A DNA stretch of 40,787 bases from Minisyncoccia bacterium (GCA_050015375.1 JBEKBN010000008.1:1-40787); one strand, 5' to 3'. Positions 1 to 10,089 are shown, counted from the first letter of the stretch. Notes: generated from the letters alone by a model not told the origin. Numbers and translations: made by a program.

Positions 1-112
1 GTCTGGCCGGGTTCAAAGCGACAATGACCACAGCCGCCAAGATAGCGATGATGCCGATGACGACCAAGATTTCAAGAAGGGTGAAACCGGACTGTTTTTT
101 GATATTTTTCAT
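1..112 (-). CDS. Type IV pilin, probably the major pilin (N-terminal part; runs off the window edge)
   Basis: Not in the ORF track. Manual translation from ATG at 112 gives MKNIKKQSG|FTLLEILVVIGIIAILAAVVIVALNPAR, a class III signal with G|F and E5 followed by a hydrophobic helix. Confidence 0.9.
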   Translation of the reverse strand, partial: MKNIKKQSGFTLLEILVVIGIIAILAAVVIVALNPAR

Positions 113-156
113 AGTTTGAATATTTGAATAATGTTCGAAACAAATTGTATCCACTT

Positions 157-226
157 TGTGGATAATCGACCCCGCTTGATACTATTTTAACATTTATAAA
201 AAAAACTGAATAAGCACTTATCCACA
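157..226. promoter_or_regulatory. Two perfect DnaA-box consensus sites upstream of the pilin
   Basis: TGTGGATAA at 157-165 and TTATCCACA at 218-226, plus a degenerate GTATCCACT at 147-155. Confidence 0.55.
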
Positions 227-256
227 AATCAATTAAAATTCGCATATACACCACGG

Positions 257-1723
257 CTAATTCACCTCATCCCAGTAAATCTCGTCATAATTGTCGGAGG
301 TCAGCGGGAAACTGGGCGGCGGGTTGTAAAAAAGATTAGCATCGTAAATGATATTTCGGGTGATGTAGCCGGTACTATCAGTGTAGGCGAAACCGTATCT
401 TTGGTTGGAAGCGATCATGCCGTCAAGAGTTATCGAAGTCCGGATGTAGTTGGCGCTGCAAGAACTGGAATAATAATATCGGCCGACACGGCCGTTGACG
501 GCCATCAAAGCGCCGTCAATAGAAAGGGTGTCGTCGCTGTAAAGACCGGCGTTGATATTGTTTTGAGCGATAAGCGAGATGATATCGGAGCCGTTAAAAT
601 TGGTGTAGGTCAAACTGTTATTGACGGTGATACTGGTTCGAGTGGAGACATTGTCGGGAAAGACGCCGGAAGCAATCGTTACCCGGGCGGTGTTGATCTG
701 GCCCCTGACCCAGACGTTGTCTCCCAGAAAGATCAACCCATTTGCCGGTATCGGGTAATTGCCAAGTAACGTTTCGGCGTTGATGCTCCATGTCCCCCAG
801 CCGTCCTGGGATTCGGAATTGGAGCAGCCGTTGGGAGCGCTGGTGAGTTTGGTGACCGTGTATAGATCGAAAGTGTCATTGGTTTTGAGGACAATGTCAT
901 AGCCGTAGTTGTTTTTACCAGACGAACCGCGATAAAAGCCGGCGCTTTGAGCTGAACTTTGAATGGAAGAAAGGGTTGAAGTGATGCCGGTGAAATCAAC
1001 CGCCGGCACCGGAAATTGCCGGCCGGCGATGAAAACATCAGGGCGATTGGGAACCGGCGACGGCGGCAAGGGGTCGATCGGCGCGACCTCGGTGTGCACG
1101 CCAAAAACATTTGGCCCGCCCTCATCCGGGTCCTGATAAGAAGCAACGGCGCTTGAGACCAAATTGTGGGCCAAACCGTCAAAATGGATCCCTCCATTGG
1201 ATTCGATGGGGCCAAATACTTCTGTTCCCGGACCAAACCTGACGGCGGCGTTCAAAACGGCGGCGTATTTGGCAAAAGACGCGATAGCCATTTTAACCGT
1301 GATGGTTTTGGAAACTGTTGTGTCGGTCAGTATCGTGCCGGTAGAAGTAACCGTGACGACGGTTGAACCCGTCGGTGGCGCGGTAATGGCTAGCGAGAAC
1401 TGGCCGATCTGAACTCCATTTTTGTTGTAGAACGGATGGACATACGGACCGGCGTGGCCGGTGCCATCCTGGTAATCAGTATGGGCGTGGGCCAAGTGCC
1501 AGCGATAATATTCAATGCCGGATTCGGCAACATCGAAGGCCTGGGCCTTGTTGACATCGTGAGCAGCGGAGGTTTGGCGGTTATTGGCCCAGACCAAAAG
1601 ACCCGACAAGATCAAAACCGCTACGGCGGCAAATATCAAAACCAAAAGCGACAATTGACCTTTTTGAAGTCCGGCGCCGCCTCCGGCGGCGCCGGATCTT
1701 TTTTTGTCGAATAAATTCATCAT
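257..1723 (-). CDS. PilX-like minor pilin / pilus assembly protein
   Basis: KG|QLSLLVLIF hydrophobic N-terminus without E5; AFDVAESGIEY PilX-type motif; beta-rich C-terminal region; lies in a pilin cluster. Confidence 0.75.
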   Translation of the reverse strand: MMNLFDKKRSGAAGGGAGLQKGQLSLLVLIFAAVAVLILSGLLVWANNRQTSAAHDVNKAQAFDVAESGIEYYRWHLAHAHTDYQDGTGHAGPYVHPFYNKNGVQIGQFSLAITAPPTGSTVVTVTSTGTILTDTTVSKTITVKMAIASFAKYAAVLNAAVRFGPGTEVFGPIESNGGIHFDGLAHNLVSSAVASYQDPDEGGPNVFGVHTEVAPIDPLPPSPVPNRPDVFIAGRQFPVPAVDFTGITSTLSSIQSSAQSAGFYRGSSGKNNYGYDIVLKTNDTFDLYTVTKLTSAPNGCSNSESQDGWGTWSINAETLLGNYPIPANGLIFLGDNVWVRGQINTARVTIASGVFPDNVSTRTSITVNNSLTYTNFNGSDIISLIAQNNINAGLYSDDTLSIDGALMAVNGRVGRYYYSSSCSANYIRTSITLDGMIASNQRYGFAYTDSTGYITRNIIYDANLFYNPPPSFPLTSDNYDEIYWDEVN

Positions 1724-2403
1724 TGAATAGTTCTCAAATTTCTGATCGTGCCGAATACTCCGTAAGAAACCGATGCCGGCTGGTTAATGCCGGTGGTTCC
1801 AGTGGTAAGCTGGAACTTAACGGCCCGGATCAAAGAAACTGTGACCGGCACGGTCATGGCTGGATCGGTCAAAATGCTTTTGTAGGCGAAATACGAAAAG
1901 ATCGGGTTTGAGCTGGAAATGACGTTGTGAACCGCTTCGGTGGTCTTCTCGTTGGCGGGATCATAAGTCAGGGGCGCACCCGACGGTTTGATGACGCCCT
2001 TCATCATGATATTTCCGTTTAAATAATATCGAACCCGCTCGAACACGCCGTCTTGGTCAATGTCGCTGAAAAAAACCAACGAGGTCGCGCTGGCGGATTC
2101 GATGGGATAGGCGCCGACGGCGGAAGGTCCCATTGAACGGAGCTCGGTCACGAAAGTATCCAGGGTCATCTGGAGTTCATTTTGAGCGGTGATATTTTGG
2201 GTCAAAAAGCCGTTGAAGCCGGTGATATTGAAACCGATATTGACAACTACTCCTAGCAACACGCAAAGAACGCAAATGACGACCAGCATTTCGAGCAAAG
2301 TGAAACCCTCACTTGAAAACGACCGGCCGCAAAGCGGCGATCTTTTAATTGTCGTTTTCAAGTGAGGGACAAGCCCTTTCCATTTTTTTATTAATTTTCT
2401 CAT
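1720..2403 (-). CDS. Minor type IV pilin (PilW/PulJ-like)
   Basis: EG|FTLLEMLVVI prepilin motif; the leader is lengthened by a palindromic insert. Confidence 0.85.
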   Translation of the reverse strand: MRKLIKKWKGLVPHLKTTIKRSPLCGRSFSSEGFTLLEMLVVICVLCVLLGVVVNIGFNITGFNGFLTQNITAQNELQMTLDTFVTELRSMGPSAVGAYPIESASATSLVFFSDIDQDGVFERVRYYLNGNIMMKGVIKPSGAPLTYDPANEKTTEAVHNVISSSNPIFSYFAYKSILTDPAMTVPVTVSLIRAVKFQLTTGTTGINQPASVSYGVFGTIRNLRTIQ

Positions 2404-4157
2404 GGTGACATTGTCGCTCTATATTCCTGCCAGTTGCCGGTGACGCTGAAACTGGAAACATTCAAAGTCGTATAGCCGGTTTTTTCGATCTTGATGCTGT
2501 AGGTGCCCGAAGTCAGGCCGCTGAAATATGTTTGGCCGTCGGGAATGCAATCGGAATGAAAATAGATGGTTAGATCGTCAAGCCGCGGAGTGTTCGATTT
2601 GTCGAGAGTGGTCATGTAAACTTTGTATCGCAAATAGCGATTGCCATTGTGGATGGAATTTATTGTCGTGCCGCTGGCGGTGTAATAAGTATTGGCGGTG
2701 CCGTCCGGTCCAAGATAATTCCAAGTGGTATTATCGTTGTTGGTGGCGATCTGGATCTTCATGGTGGTTGAAGCTGGCTGGCTGGTCGGCGACCAATTGA
2801 GAGCATAAAAAGCCGTGTTGGCGGTGCCAAGATCAACAGTTTGGGAAGTCAGCCAATCCAAACTTGAGGTGGCGTATTTGCCATTGACCTGAGCCAAAGT
2901 CAACGAACCGGTCGGAGCGCTGACCGACATGTTGGCGCTTTTGTCGGTGTATTGGCCCGAAGACCAATCAGTGAACTTGGCGAATCTCTGGCCGGAGTAA
3001 TTGACGGTGCTGACGCCGGATTTGGTGAGGGTGACTTTGGCGTCATTGATCGGCGAACCGGAAGAATTGAGAACCGTAACCAGTGCTGCCAAAGGATTTT
3101 TTGCTTCCATCAGCCAGTTGAAATTGTAAGTTGCCGAAGGATTGACTACCAATGGCGTCAGCGTGAACATCCCGCTGACCTCGTAACTGGTGTCCTGATT
3201 TTGGAAATTGAAAGTGTCCCATTTCAGGGCGTTGTTGGTGTAATGACCGCTGGCGTCGGTGACAAGCGCCGCTGAATATTCAAGAACATTGGGGTTGGTG
3301 CCGATAAGCCGGGTGCCGGTTTGCAAAAAGTGGATGTTGCCGATCGGCTGGCAAAAAATGCCGGCGGTATTGACATTGAGTGTGCTGTAATGATCAATGG
3401 CGAAGCTCAAACTGGTGACTTGCTGTTTGGCGACGGTGGCGTAGGGCTTGGTCGGGTTGGGGTTTCCCGACAAACCGGGTTTGAGAGTTTGGTCGGAGGT
3501 ATAACCGGGGTCGGAAACAGCGACATTATAACCGAAAGAGCTGGTGGCTGTATCAACCAGCTGAAGGACGCCATTAACGTTGGTGGTGTCGTCAAGGGAA
3601 ATAGTAGGCGTGACCAGGGTGTTGGAAATGTGAATGTTGGCGCCGCTGATGGGATGGCCGGAAGCGTCGAAAACATTTATGAACAAAGAACCATTCTTGG
3701 TGGCGCTTTCCAAGTTCTGGGGCGCCACAGTGGTCGTCATCGTGGCCGGAGCCGCCTGGCAAGTGCCGCCACAAGCTACCGTGATCTCGATCAGTTTGTA
3801 ATCGGCCGGCGCCAAATCGCGGGGCGTGCCATTAGCAGTGCCATCGAACGGGTCGTCAATGTCCCTGACCGTAGTTGTCACCGTGTAAGGCGTGTCGCCG
3901 ACATAAACTGTTTTGGTGGGCAAAAGCCGTCCGGGCGGCACTCCCCCGACGGTGCCGATGTCGTCATAAGCCATATTTCTAGCGCTCTCGATCTCGTTTT
4001 GAATTATAGACAGCGTTGACAGGTTGAGCGACGAACTGGAAACCACTTTCATTGTACCGGAGTAGGAAAAGTAGATCGCCAGGGCAACAATCACAAAAAG
4101 TTCCAAACTAATAATGGTCTCAAGGAGAGTAAAACCTTTTTGAGAATATTTATCCAT
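2400..4157 (-). CDS. Large minor pilin (PilV-like) with C-terminal beta-sandwich (carboxypeptidase-regulatory-like) domains
   Basis: KG|FTLLETIISL prepilin motif; VFDASGHPISGANI and VLNSSGSPINDAKV repeat motifs; Thr/Ser/Asn-rich extracellular composition. Confidence 0.8.
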   Translation of the reverse strand: MDKYSQKGFTLLETIISLELFVIVALAIYFSYSGTMKVVSSSSLNLSTLSIIQNEIESARNMAYDDIGTVGGVPPGRLLPTKTVYVGDTPYTVTTTVRDIDDPFDGTANGTPRDLAPADYKLIEITVACGGTCQAAPATMTTTVAPQNLESATKNGSLFINVFDASGHPISGANIHISNTLVTPTISLDDTTNVNGVLQLVDTATSSFGYNVAVSDPGYTSDQTLKPGLSGNPNPTKPYATVAKQQVTSLSFAIDHYSTLNVNTAGIFCQPIGNIHFLQTGTRLIGTNPNVLEYSAALVTDASGHYTNNALKWDTFNFQNQDTSYEVSGMFTLTPLVVNPSATYNFNWLMEAKNPLAALVTVLNSSGSPINDAKVTLTKSGVSTVNYSGQRFAKFTDWSSGQYTDKSANMSVSAPTGSLTLAQVNGKYATSSLDWLTSQTVDLGTANTAFYALNWSPTSQPASTTMKIQIATNNDNTTWNYLGPDGTANTYYTASGTTINSIHNGNRYLRYKVYMTTLDKSNTPRLDDLTIYFHSDCIPDGQTYFSGLTSGTYSIKIEKTGYTTLNVSSFSVTGNWQEYRATMSP

Positions 4158-5214
4158 GTATATTCTGGGTCATCGAATAGATCGGGGTGATGATCGCCAA
4201 GGCAACCAGGGTCACGACAAGGCCCATGAATAAAAGCATCGCCGGCTCAAGGATGTTCGACATGTTCTGGGTGGATTCGTCGAGTTCGGATTCGTAAAAA
4301 TTGGCCAAAAAAAGCAATGACTCGTCAAGCTTGCCGGTATTTTCGCCGACCACGATCATCTCCGAGAAGATCGGAGGGAAAAGCTTTGAGTCGGTGGTCA
4401 GATATTTTGACAAAGCATCGCCCTGGCGGACGCCTTCCGACATCCTGACTATCTCTCCCTTGTAGACCAGATTGGTCAAAGTGTCGGCCGAGATCTGCAA
4501 GGCCTCGATGATCTTCACGCCGGACCTGAGCAACAACCCGAGCGTCCGGGCGAAGTTGACCATATTGATGTTTTGGGACATCGTCTTGACGAACGGGATC
4601 TTGGTTATCAGCCAATGCCAGTAATATCGGAATTTCTGGACTCTCAGCAAAAGGAAAAAACTGACAAGCAAGATGGCAAGAATAACGCCGATATACACGC
4701 CATAATCAAGAAGGAACTGAGACACGGCCATAAAACCGACGGTCACCACCGGCAGTTTCACATTCAATGATTTCAAAACCGGTAAGATCTTTGGAAAAAC
4801 GAAGAAAGCCAAAATACCGACGATGCCCAAAGTCGCCACCATCAAAATTATCGGATAAGCCATGGCGCTCTTGATCTTTTTATTGAGCTCATCCTTTTTT
4901 TTGAGTTCGTCGGCCAGATATTTAAGATTCTCGCTCAAAGTGCCGCTCGATTCACCGACCCGGATGAGGTTGATGAAAAAATCGCCGAAAACATTTTTGT
5001 AACGCTCCAAGCCCGAAGACAAAAAATGGCCGTTCTTGATGTCAACGATGAGCTGATCGATCATGGCGATGAAGGGTTTTGATTTGGTCTGCCTTTTGAG
5101 GATCTCCAGGCCGTCCAAAACCTGCATTCCGGAACGGACCATGACCTCCAGATTTCTGGCAAAGAACATTTTCTGTTTATTACTCAGTCGGAAGAAGATG
5201 CTATTGAGATTCAT
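4150..5214 (-). CDS. pilC: Type IV pilus inner-membrane platform protein PilC/GspF
   Basis: Two T2SSF repeats (VGESSGTL, VGENTGKLD), AMAYP and LEP motifs, transmembrane segments. Confidence 0.95.
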   Translation of the reverse strand: MNLNSIFFRLSNKQKMFFARNLEVMVRSGMQVLDGLEILKRQTKSKPFIAMIDQLIVDIKNGHFLSSGLERYKNVFGDFFINLIRVGESSGTLSENLKYLADELKKKDELNKKIKSAMAYPIILMVATLGIVGILAFFVFPKILPVLKSLNVKLPVVTVGFMAVSQFLLDYGVYIGVILAILLVSFFLLLRVQKFRYYWHWLITKIPFVKTMSQNINMVNFARTLGLLLRSGVKIIEALQISADTLTNLVYKGEIVRMSEGVRQGDALSKYLTTDSKLFPPIFSEMIVVGENTGKLDESLLFLANFYESELDESTQNMSNILEPAMLLFMGLVVTLVALAIITPIYSMTQNIHG

Positions 5215-5229
5215 GCGAGATTCATAATT

Positions 5230-6942
5230 TTACTCATGGACGACTCTCAGTATTTCCTCAATGGTGGTCATGCCGGCGAGGGCTTTTTTGAAACCATCTT
5301 CGATCAAAGTCACCATGCCGTTTTTGATGGCGATTTTCTTGATCTCACTGGCGTCAGCCCGGCTCATGATCGCTTCGCGGATGAAATCGTTCATCTCCAA
5401 AACCTCGTAAACGCCAACCCGGCCGAAGTACCCCGTATTGCCGCAGGAACCGCAACCCTTGCCGTAAAAAAAGTCGTGATTATTGCCGATCAATTCCGGT
5501 GGCAACAAGTCGGCTAAATTTTTGAATTCGGCCTCGGTTATTTTTTTTTGAGTTTTACAATCAGCGCAAATGGTTCTGACCAAGCGCTGGCCGATGGCAA
5601 CATTAACGGTGGAAGCCACCAAGAACGGCTCAATTCCCATATCTAAAAGCCGCGGCAGGGTCGTGGCGGCGTCGTTGGTGTGAATGGTGGAAAGGAGTTT
5701 GTGGCCGGTCAGAGCGGCGTTGACGGCGATAGAAGCCGTTTCTTCGTCGCGGATCTCGCCGACCATGACCACATTCGGGTCTTGACGTAGAATTGAACGC
5801 AAACCGGCGGCGAAGGTCAAGCCGGTTCGGGTATTGACCTGGATCTGATCAACGCCTTCAAGAGAATATTCAATTGGATCTTCAATGGTGATGATCGAGA
5901 CCTCGCGGGTGCTTAATTCTTTCAAGATCGTGTAAAGCGTGGTCGTTTTGCCCGAACCGGTCGGGCCGGTGGCCAGGATCATGCCGTAAGGTTCTTTGAC
6001 AGCATGGCGGATCTTGATCTTGTCGGCCTCGTTGAGAGCCAGGTCGTCGAGGCGGTTGATCTGGGTTTGCTCGGCAAGGATCCGAAGAACCGCGTTTTCG
6101 CCGTAATATGTCGGAATGATCGAAACCCGGACATCGAACTCGCGGGGCGGGTCGGTCAATTTTGTCTTGAATCTGCCGTCTTGGGCCGCTTGGTGTTCGT
6201 CGGTGCGCATGCCGGTCAGAACTTTGATGCGGGTGATGACGCCCGATTGAATGCTTTTGGGAATAGCGAAAACATCGTGTAAAATTCCGTCAACCCGAAG
6301 ACGTAAAACAACCTTGTCCTCGAGTGGTTCGATGTGAATGTCGGAAGCGCGGGCCAAAAAAGCGTACTCCATCAGCCGGTCAACCAAACTAATGATGGGA
6401 ATTTCATTTTCCGGATTCATCAGTAAACTGTCCAGCTCCCCTTTCAGCTTGTCGGGCACCTCGAATTTTTTGGCTCTAGTTTGGTCGGGTTCGGGCGGCG
6501 AATAACTTGTCGGTTGTTGGCTGGGCATCGCCACCGCCGGCCTATGTTCGGGGATTTTTCCTTCGAGAATTTCTTTTATCTTGTCAACGATCTGGTCGGT
6601 GGTCATAAAGGCCTTGACCACATAATCGTTGGCGCCAAGTTGCAAACTTTTCTGCATGCTTTCCTGGTCGTCGAGATTGAAAAGGGTGATGACCGGCAAG
6701 GTCCCGGCATCGTAGGTCTCTCTGATCTTTCTCAAAACCTCAAAACCGTCAATACTTCCGGAAAGCGGCAGATCCAAAAGCACCAGCGAGGGTTTGATGT
6801 TCTCCAATTTTTCCAATCCTTCACTGCCATCGTAGGCGCTCGAAGCCGAAAAACCCTGATTATTTATCTTCTCGGCCAAAAGCTCGGCCATGAAAGGATT
6901 GTCCTCGATGATGAGTATTCCTTTTTTGGGATTGTCGGGCAT
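5230..6942 (-). CDS. pilB: PilB/GspE secretion ATPase with an N-terminal response-regulator receiver domain
   Basis: REC domain (IIEDN..LLDL..GANDYVVK); ASDIHIEP; Walker A GPTGSGKTT; TIEDPIE; LRQDPNVVMVGEIRD; tetra-Cys zinc motif. Confidence 0.92.
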   Translation of the reverse strand: MPDNPKKGILIIEDNPFMAELLAEKINNQGFSASSAYDGSEGLEKLENIKPSLVLLDLPLSGSIDGFEVLRKIRETYDAGTLPVITLFNLDDQESMQKSLQLGANDYVVKAFMTTDQIVDKIKEILEGKIPEHRPAVAMPSQQPTSYSPPEPDQTRAKKFEVPDKLKGELDSLLMNPENEIPIISLVDRLMEYAFLARASDIHIEPLEDKVVLRLRVDGILHDVFAIPKSIQSGVITRIKVLTGMRTDEHQAAQDGRFKTKLTDPPREFDVRVSIIPTYYGENAVLRILAEQTQINRLDDLALNEADKIKIRHAVKEPYGMILATGPTGSGKTTTLYTILKELSTREVSIITIEDPIEYSLEGVDQIQVNTRTGLTFAAGLRSILRQDPNVVMVGEIRDEETASIAVNAALTGHKLLSTIHTNDAATTLPRLLDMGIEPFLVASTVNVAIGQRLVRTICADCKTQKKITEAEFKNLADLLPPELIGNNHDFFYGKGCGSCGNTGYFGRVGVYEVLEMNDFIREAIMSRADASEIKKIAIKNGMVTLIEDGFKKALAGMTTIEEILRVVHE

Positions 6943-6948
6943 CGGGTT

Positions 6949-7350
6949 CTAAACCTTCGGGTAAATGGTATCCATTATTTGTTTCACGATCTTGTCCAAG
7001 TCGTCGCTTTTCCTGATATGAGCGACGGCGCCGATCTCTTTGGCAAATTTATTGTCAACCCAGGACGCGTCTTCGTCGGCCTCGCCGAAACTGGTCAAAA
7101 AGATAACGGTCATGTCTTTTAATTCGGGGTCAGCTTTCATCCTGACCAAGGTCTCAATTCCCGACATACCCGGCATCTTAACGTCAAGAAGTATCACATG
7201 AGGGCGATAGATTCTGGCTTTATCCATACCCGTCTGGCCGTCGGCCGCCGCGGCGACCTCAAAACCGGAGGCCTCGAGCTTGGCCTTGAATATTTCCCTG
7301 AAATCATTGTCGTCGTCAATTATTAAAATTTTCGGTTTTTCGTCGGGCAT
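6949..7350 (-). CDS. Single-domain response regulator (CheY-like receiver)
   Basis: IIDDD acidic pocket, LLDVKMPGMSG phosphoacceptor, FLTS, conserved Lys; no output domain. Confidence 0.95.
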   Translation of the reverse strand: MPDEKPKILIIDDDNDFREIFKAKLEASGFEVAAAADGQTGMDKARIYRPHVILLDVKMPGMSGIETLVRMKADPELKDMTVIFLTSFGEADEDASWVDNKFAKEIGAVAHIRKSDDLDKIVKQIMDTIYPKV

Positions 7351-7457
7351 GATATTCGTATGTTTATGATGTTAATACGCCAAAATCCGCCGTCCCCTGG
7401 CCTTTTTAATATGATAACATATTTTTGACCCGGAGTTGCCAACACAAACCGCAAGAA

Positions 7458-7486
7458 TTGAAAACAATATGATTTTGGGTTATGCT
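7458..7486 (+). promoter_or_regulatory. Sigma70-type promoter, near-leaderless start of the M16 peptidase
   Basis: TTGAAA-N17-TATGCT, with the ATG 8 nt downstream of the -10. Confidence 0.6.
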
Positions 7487-7494
7487 CTCAAAGT

Positions 7495-8739
7495 ATGGAA
7501 CATAACTTTATAAAAGTTAAAACAAAATCAGGCGTTCCTCTATGGATTTTATCTATGCCGCACTTGGATAGTGTCAATGTTGGTGTGGCGGTTAATGTGG
7601 GCGGGCGAGATGAGATTTGGCCGAAAGAAGCCGGTATTGCTCACGCCTTAGAGCATATGCATTTTCAAGGGACGAAAAGTTTTCCGAACAGCAAAAGTGT
7701 TGCTGAGTTTATTGAAGAAACCGGCGGCAGGATAAACGCAAGAACAAGCACCGAACGAACACTTTATCATGCCCGCGTTCCAGCCAAATATGCCGAGAGA
7801 GCCGTTAAAATAATCAGCGAGCAGATCAAATATCCGTTATTCCCGGAAGAGAAAATTCCCATTGAGATGAAAAATATTGTTCAGGAAATGGGAAGAAGAA
7901 ATGACAATCCCCGGCAATATTTATGGACGATCAGCCAAAAATTCATTTATCATGATCATCCTTTGTCCAAAGATGTTCTTGGCCTGGAAGAGTCCCTGCG
8001 GAATTTCAAAAGGGAGGATTTTATCAATTTCAAAAAAAGATATTATAACCCCTCAAATTACAATTTTGTTGTCATTGGGAATATTGATCCGAAGACAGTA
8101 GCCAGTTTGTTTGATAAATATTTTCCGGAAAAAGTCGGAGAAGAGCCCAATAAAAGGCCAGTGGACATAATAAAAAAAGGCGGAGAAAAAAGAAATGTCG
8201 TGAAGAAAGACATTGAACAAACCCACATTTCCCTAAGCGTTCCTACTGCAGCCGCGCGAAACAAAGAAACATTGTATTTGAGTTTTTTCGCAAGCATTAT
8301 TTCTGGAGGTATGTCGTTTCCGCTTTTCCAAGAGGTGAGGGACAAACTCGGTCTTTGTTATGAAATTGGCGCCGGCACAAATAAGCAAACCGACATCGGG
8401 CGATTTAATATTTATGTCGGTACTGACCACAAGAAATATAAACAAGCCATTGAAGCCATTTTCCAAATTATTGAAAAATACAAAACCGATAAAAAATTAC
8501 TGGAAAAAGTGAAGAATATCAAACTCGGCCGGTTAGCCCTTGATTATGAAGATACTGGCGAAATTTTATTCCAAGCGGCGGATGATATTGTTTATCTAGA
8601 CAGACCACGCGGGTTCGATGAAATAAAGGAAGAAATCCAATCCGTAAAAATCGAAAACATTACCAAGGCCGTGGATAAATATTTGAGAAAAGATCTGTTC
8701 TTCACTACTATCCTGGCTCCGCTCTCTTTTATTGACTGA
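7495..8739 (+). CDS. M16 (pitrilysin/insulinase) family zinc peptidase
   Basis: GIAHALEHMHFQGT inverzincin HxxEH; INARTS; LFQEVRDKLGLCY. Confidence 0.95.
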   Translation: MEHNFIKVKTKSGVPLWILSMPHLDSVNVGVAVNVGGRDEIWPKEAGIAHALEHMHFQGTKSFPNSKSVAEFIEETGGRINARTSTERTLYHARVPAKYAERAVKIISEQIKYPLFPEEKIPIEMKNIVQEMGRRNDNPRQYLWTISQKFIYHDHPLSKDVLGLEESLRNFKREDFINFKKRYYNPSNYNFVVIGNIDPKTVASLFDKYFPEKVGEEPNKRPVDIIKKGGEKRNVVKKDIEQTHISLSVPTAAARNKETLYLSFFASIISGGMSFPLFQEVRDKLGLCYEIGAGTNKQTDIGRFNIYVGTDHKKYKQAIEAIFQIIEKYKTDKKLLEKVKNIKLGRLALDYEDTGEILFQAADDIVYLDRPRGFDEIKEEIQSVKIENITKAVDKYLRKDLFFTTILAPLSFID

Positions 8740-8915
8740 TTAGTACCTCCTATCCCAGAACAACATCTAATCCTTCGGTTATCAATTTACCAGCAGAATG
8801 GCTGTTTTGCGATACTTCTTAGAACTTGAACAGGGATCTTCTATTAAACAATTCGACTTAACTTTTTTTGCTGTTTCTGAATTCAGAAATAAAAAAGGAC
8901 ACAAATTATGTGTCC

Positions 8916-10040
8916 TCAAAGACTTAAAATGGCCCACAGAACTCGCTTATCCATATTTGATAGGCTAGTGAACTCTCCTCGTCTAAGTTTTTTTGAAATT
9001 TTAATAAGTTCTTGTTGGTTACACCCATGCCATATCTCAACTGGCGTGATGGCTTCAACCGGTTTTTTTAATACACCATCCGGTATGATTATTGAATGCT
9101 CAATGAGATACAACAATCTGGACGGTAAAGAAACTTCCTTACTCCTATTTCCGAGAACCAGACCCAAAAAATATCTGATCACATTTGGGCGGTAATCTGA
9201 TAGGATGTTCCCAGTCGAGACGATTTCCTTTCCAGCGAAGTCGATATTTACATACGGCAGAGAAACTATAAACCGAGGTATCTTGATGCCCGCAAGCTGC
9301 GACGCTATAGTCGACAGAACCGCTTGCTTTAAAGTTTTATGTCCGGTACAGACTGTATCTACTGAAAAGCCATTTTTCCATAAAGCAGCCAAATAGAACA
9401 TCCAGCAAAAATCAACATCTAAAATAAAATCTTTGCTGAAACCTCTAGTTTTAAAACCAGCGCCAAATTTGCGACTAATAAGGATGGATTTACCGCGGAA
9501 GAAATTAAATTGTTCGCTAAACTCACATTCGGCATATCGTGGTATTACTTGCGGTAATTTCATATCGATGGGCAAACAAAGCAAAAGAACCTGTTCTGTA
9601 CTATTTTCTGCATGTTCGCTACAGGCCCTACAAGTTATCTTTCCGTTGGTTATCTCATAAATTCTGTCAGATTTCAGAGCGGTAAAATTATCCGGTTCAT
9701 CTAGAACTTCCGTTTTGCCGCAACCGCACCTCCAGATGCCACGAGGCTCTTCTTTAATCCAACCGTCACTTAACCCCTGATATAATACGGAAGAAACGAA
9801 TGTTTTATTTGATTCGTTATCATCCTGCCAAATCTGACCCCTCAATCCTAGAAAATAGGCCGAGGATCCGAACTCTTCAATGGCAATCTGGTCAGCTTTA
9901 CAACCTAGACAGTTTAAAGCCAATATCGTTTCCTGATTACACATTTTGCCCAACAGATCGACCATAAGCGGAATACTGTAATAACCTAGCATAGCATTTT
10001 TCCGTGGCGATAAAGGTAAAGATGTGATTGCGGAACGCAT
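8916..10040 (-). CDS. Degenerate class I aminoacyl-tRNA synthetase-like protein (MetRS-like catalytic core)
   Basis: ITSLPLSPRKNAMLGY at the HIGH position; Cys pairs WRCGCG and CRAC like a zinc knuckle; EIVSTGNI..YRPNVIRYFL at the KMSKS..GNV..YG.D..RYFL position. The signatures are degenerate. Confidence 0.5.
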   Translation of the reverse strand: MRSAITSLPLSPRKNAMLGYYSIPLMVDLLGKMCNQETILALNCLGCKADQIAIEEFGSSAYFLGLRGQIWQDDNESNKTFVSSVLYQGLSDGWIKEEPRGIWRCGCGKTEVLDEPDNFTALKSDRIYEITNGKITCRACSEHAENSTEQVLLLCLPIDMKLPQVIPRYAECEFSEQFNFFRGKSILISRKFGAGFKTRGFSKDFILDVDFCWMFYLAALWKNGFSVDTVCTGHKTLKQAVLSTIASQLAGIKIPRFIVSLPYVNIDFAGKEIVSTGNILSDYRPNVIRYFLGLVLGNRSKEVSLPSRLLYLIEHSIIIPDGVLKKPVEAITPVEIWHGCNQQELIKISKKLRRGEFTSLSNMDKRVLWAILSL

Positions 10041-10089
10041 AATGCCACCCCTTGATAGTGAGTTGTTAATGGACTGAGTTGCCCATATC

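Noticed and set aside
113-256. Replication origin (oriC)
   Set aside because: Only 2-3 boxes in a short spacer inside a pilin cluster, with no dnaA or dnaN nearby.
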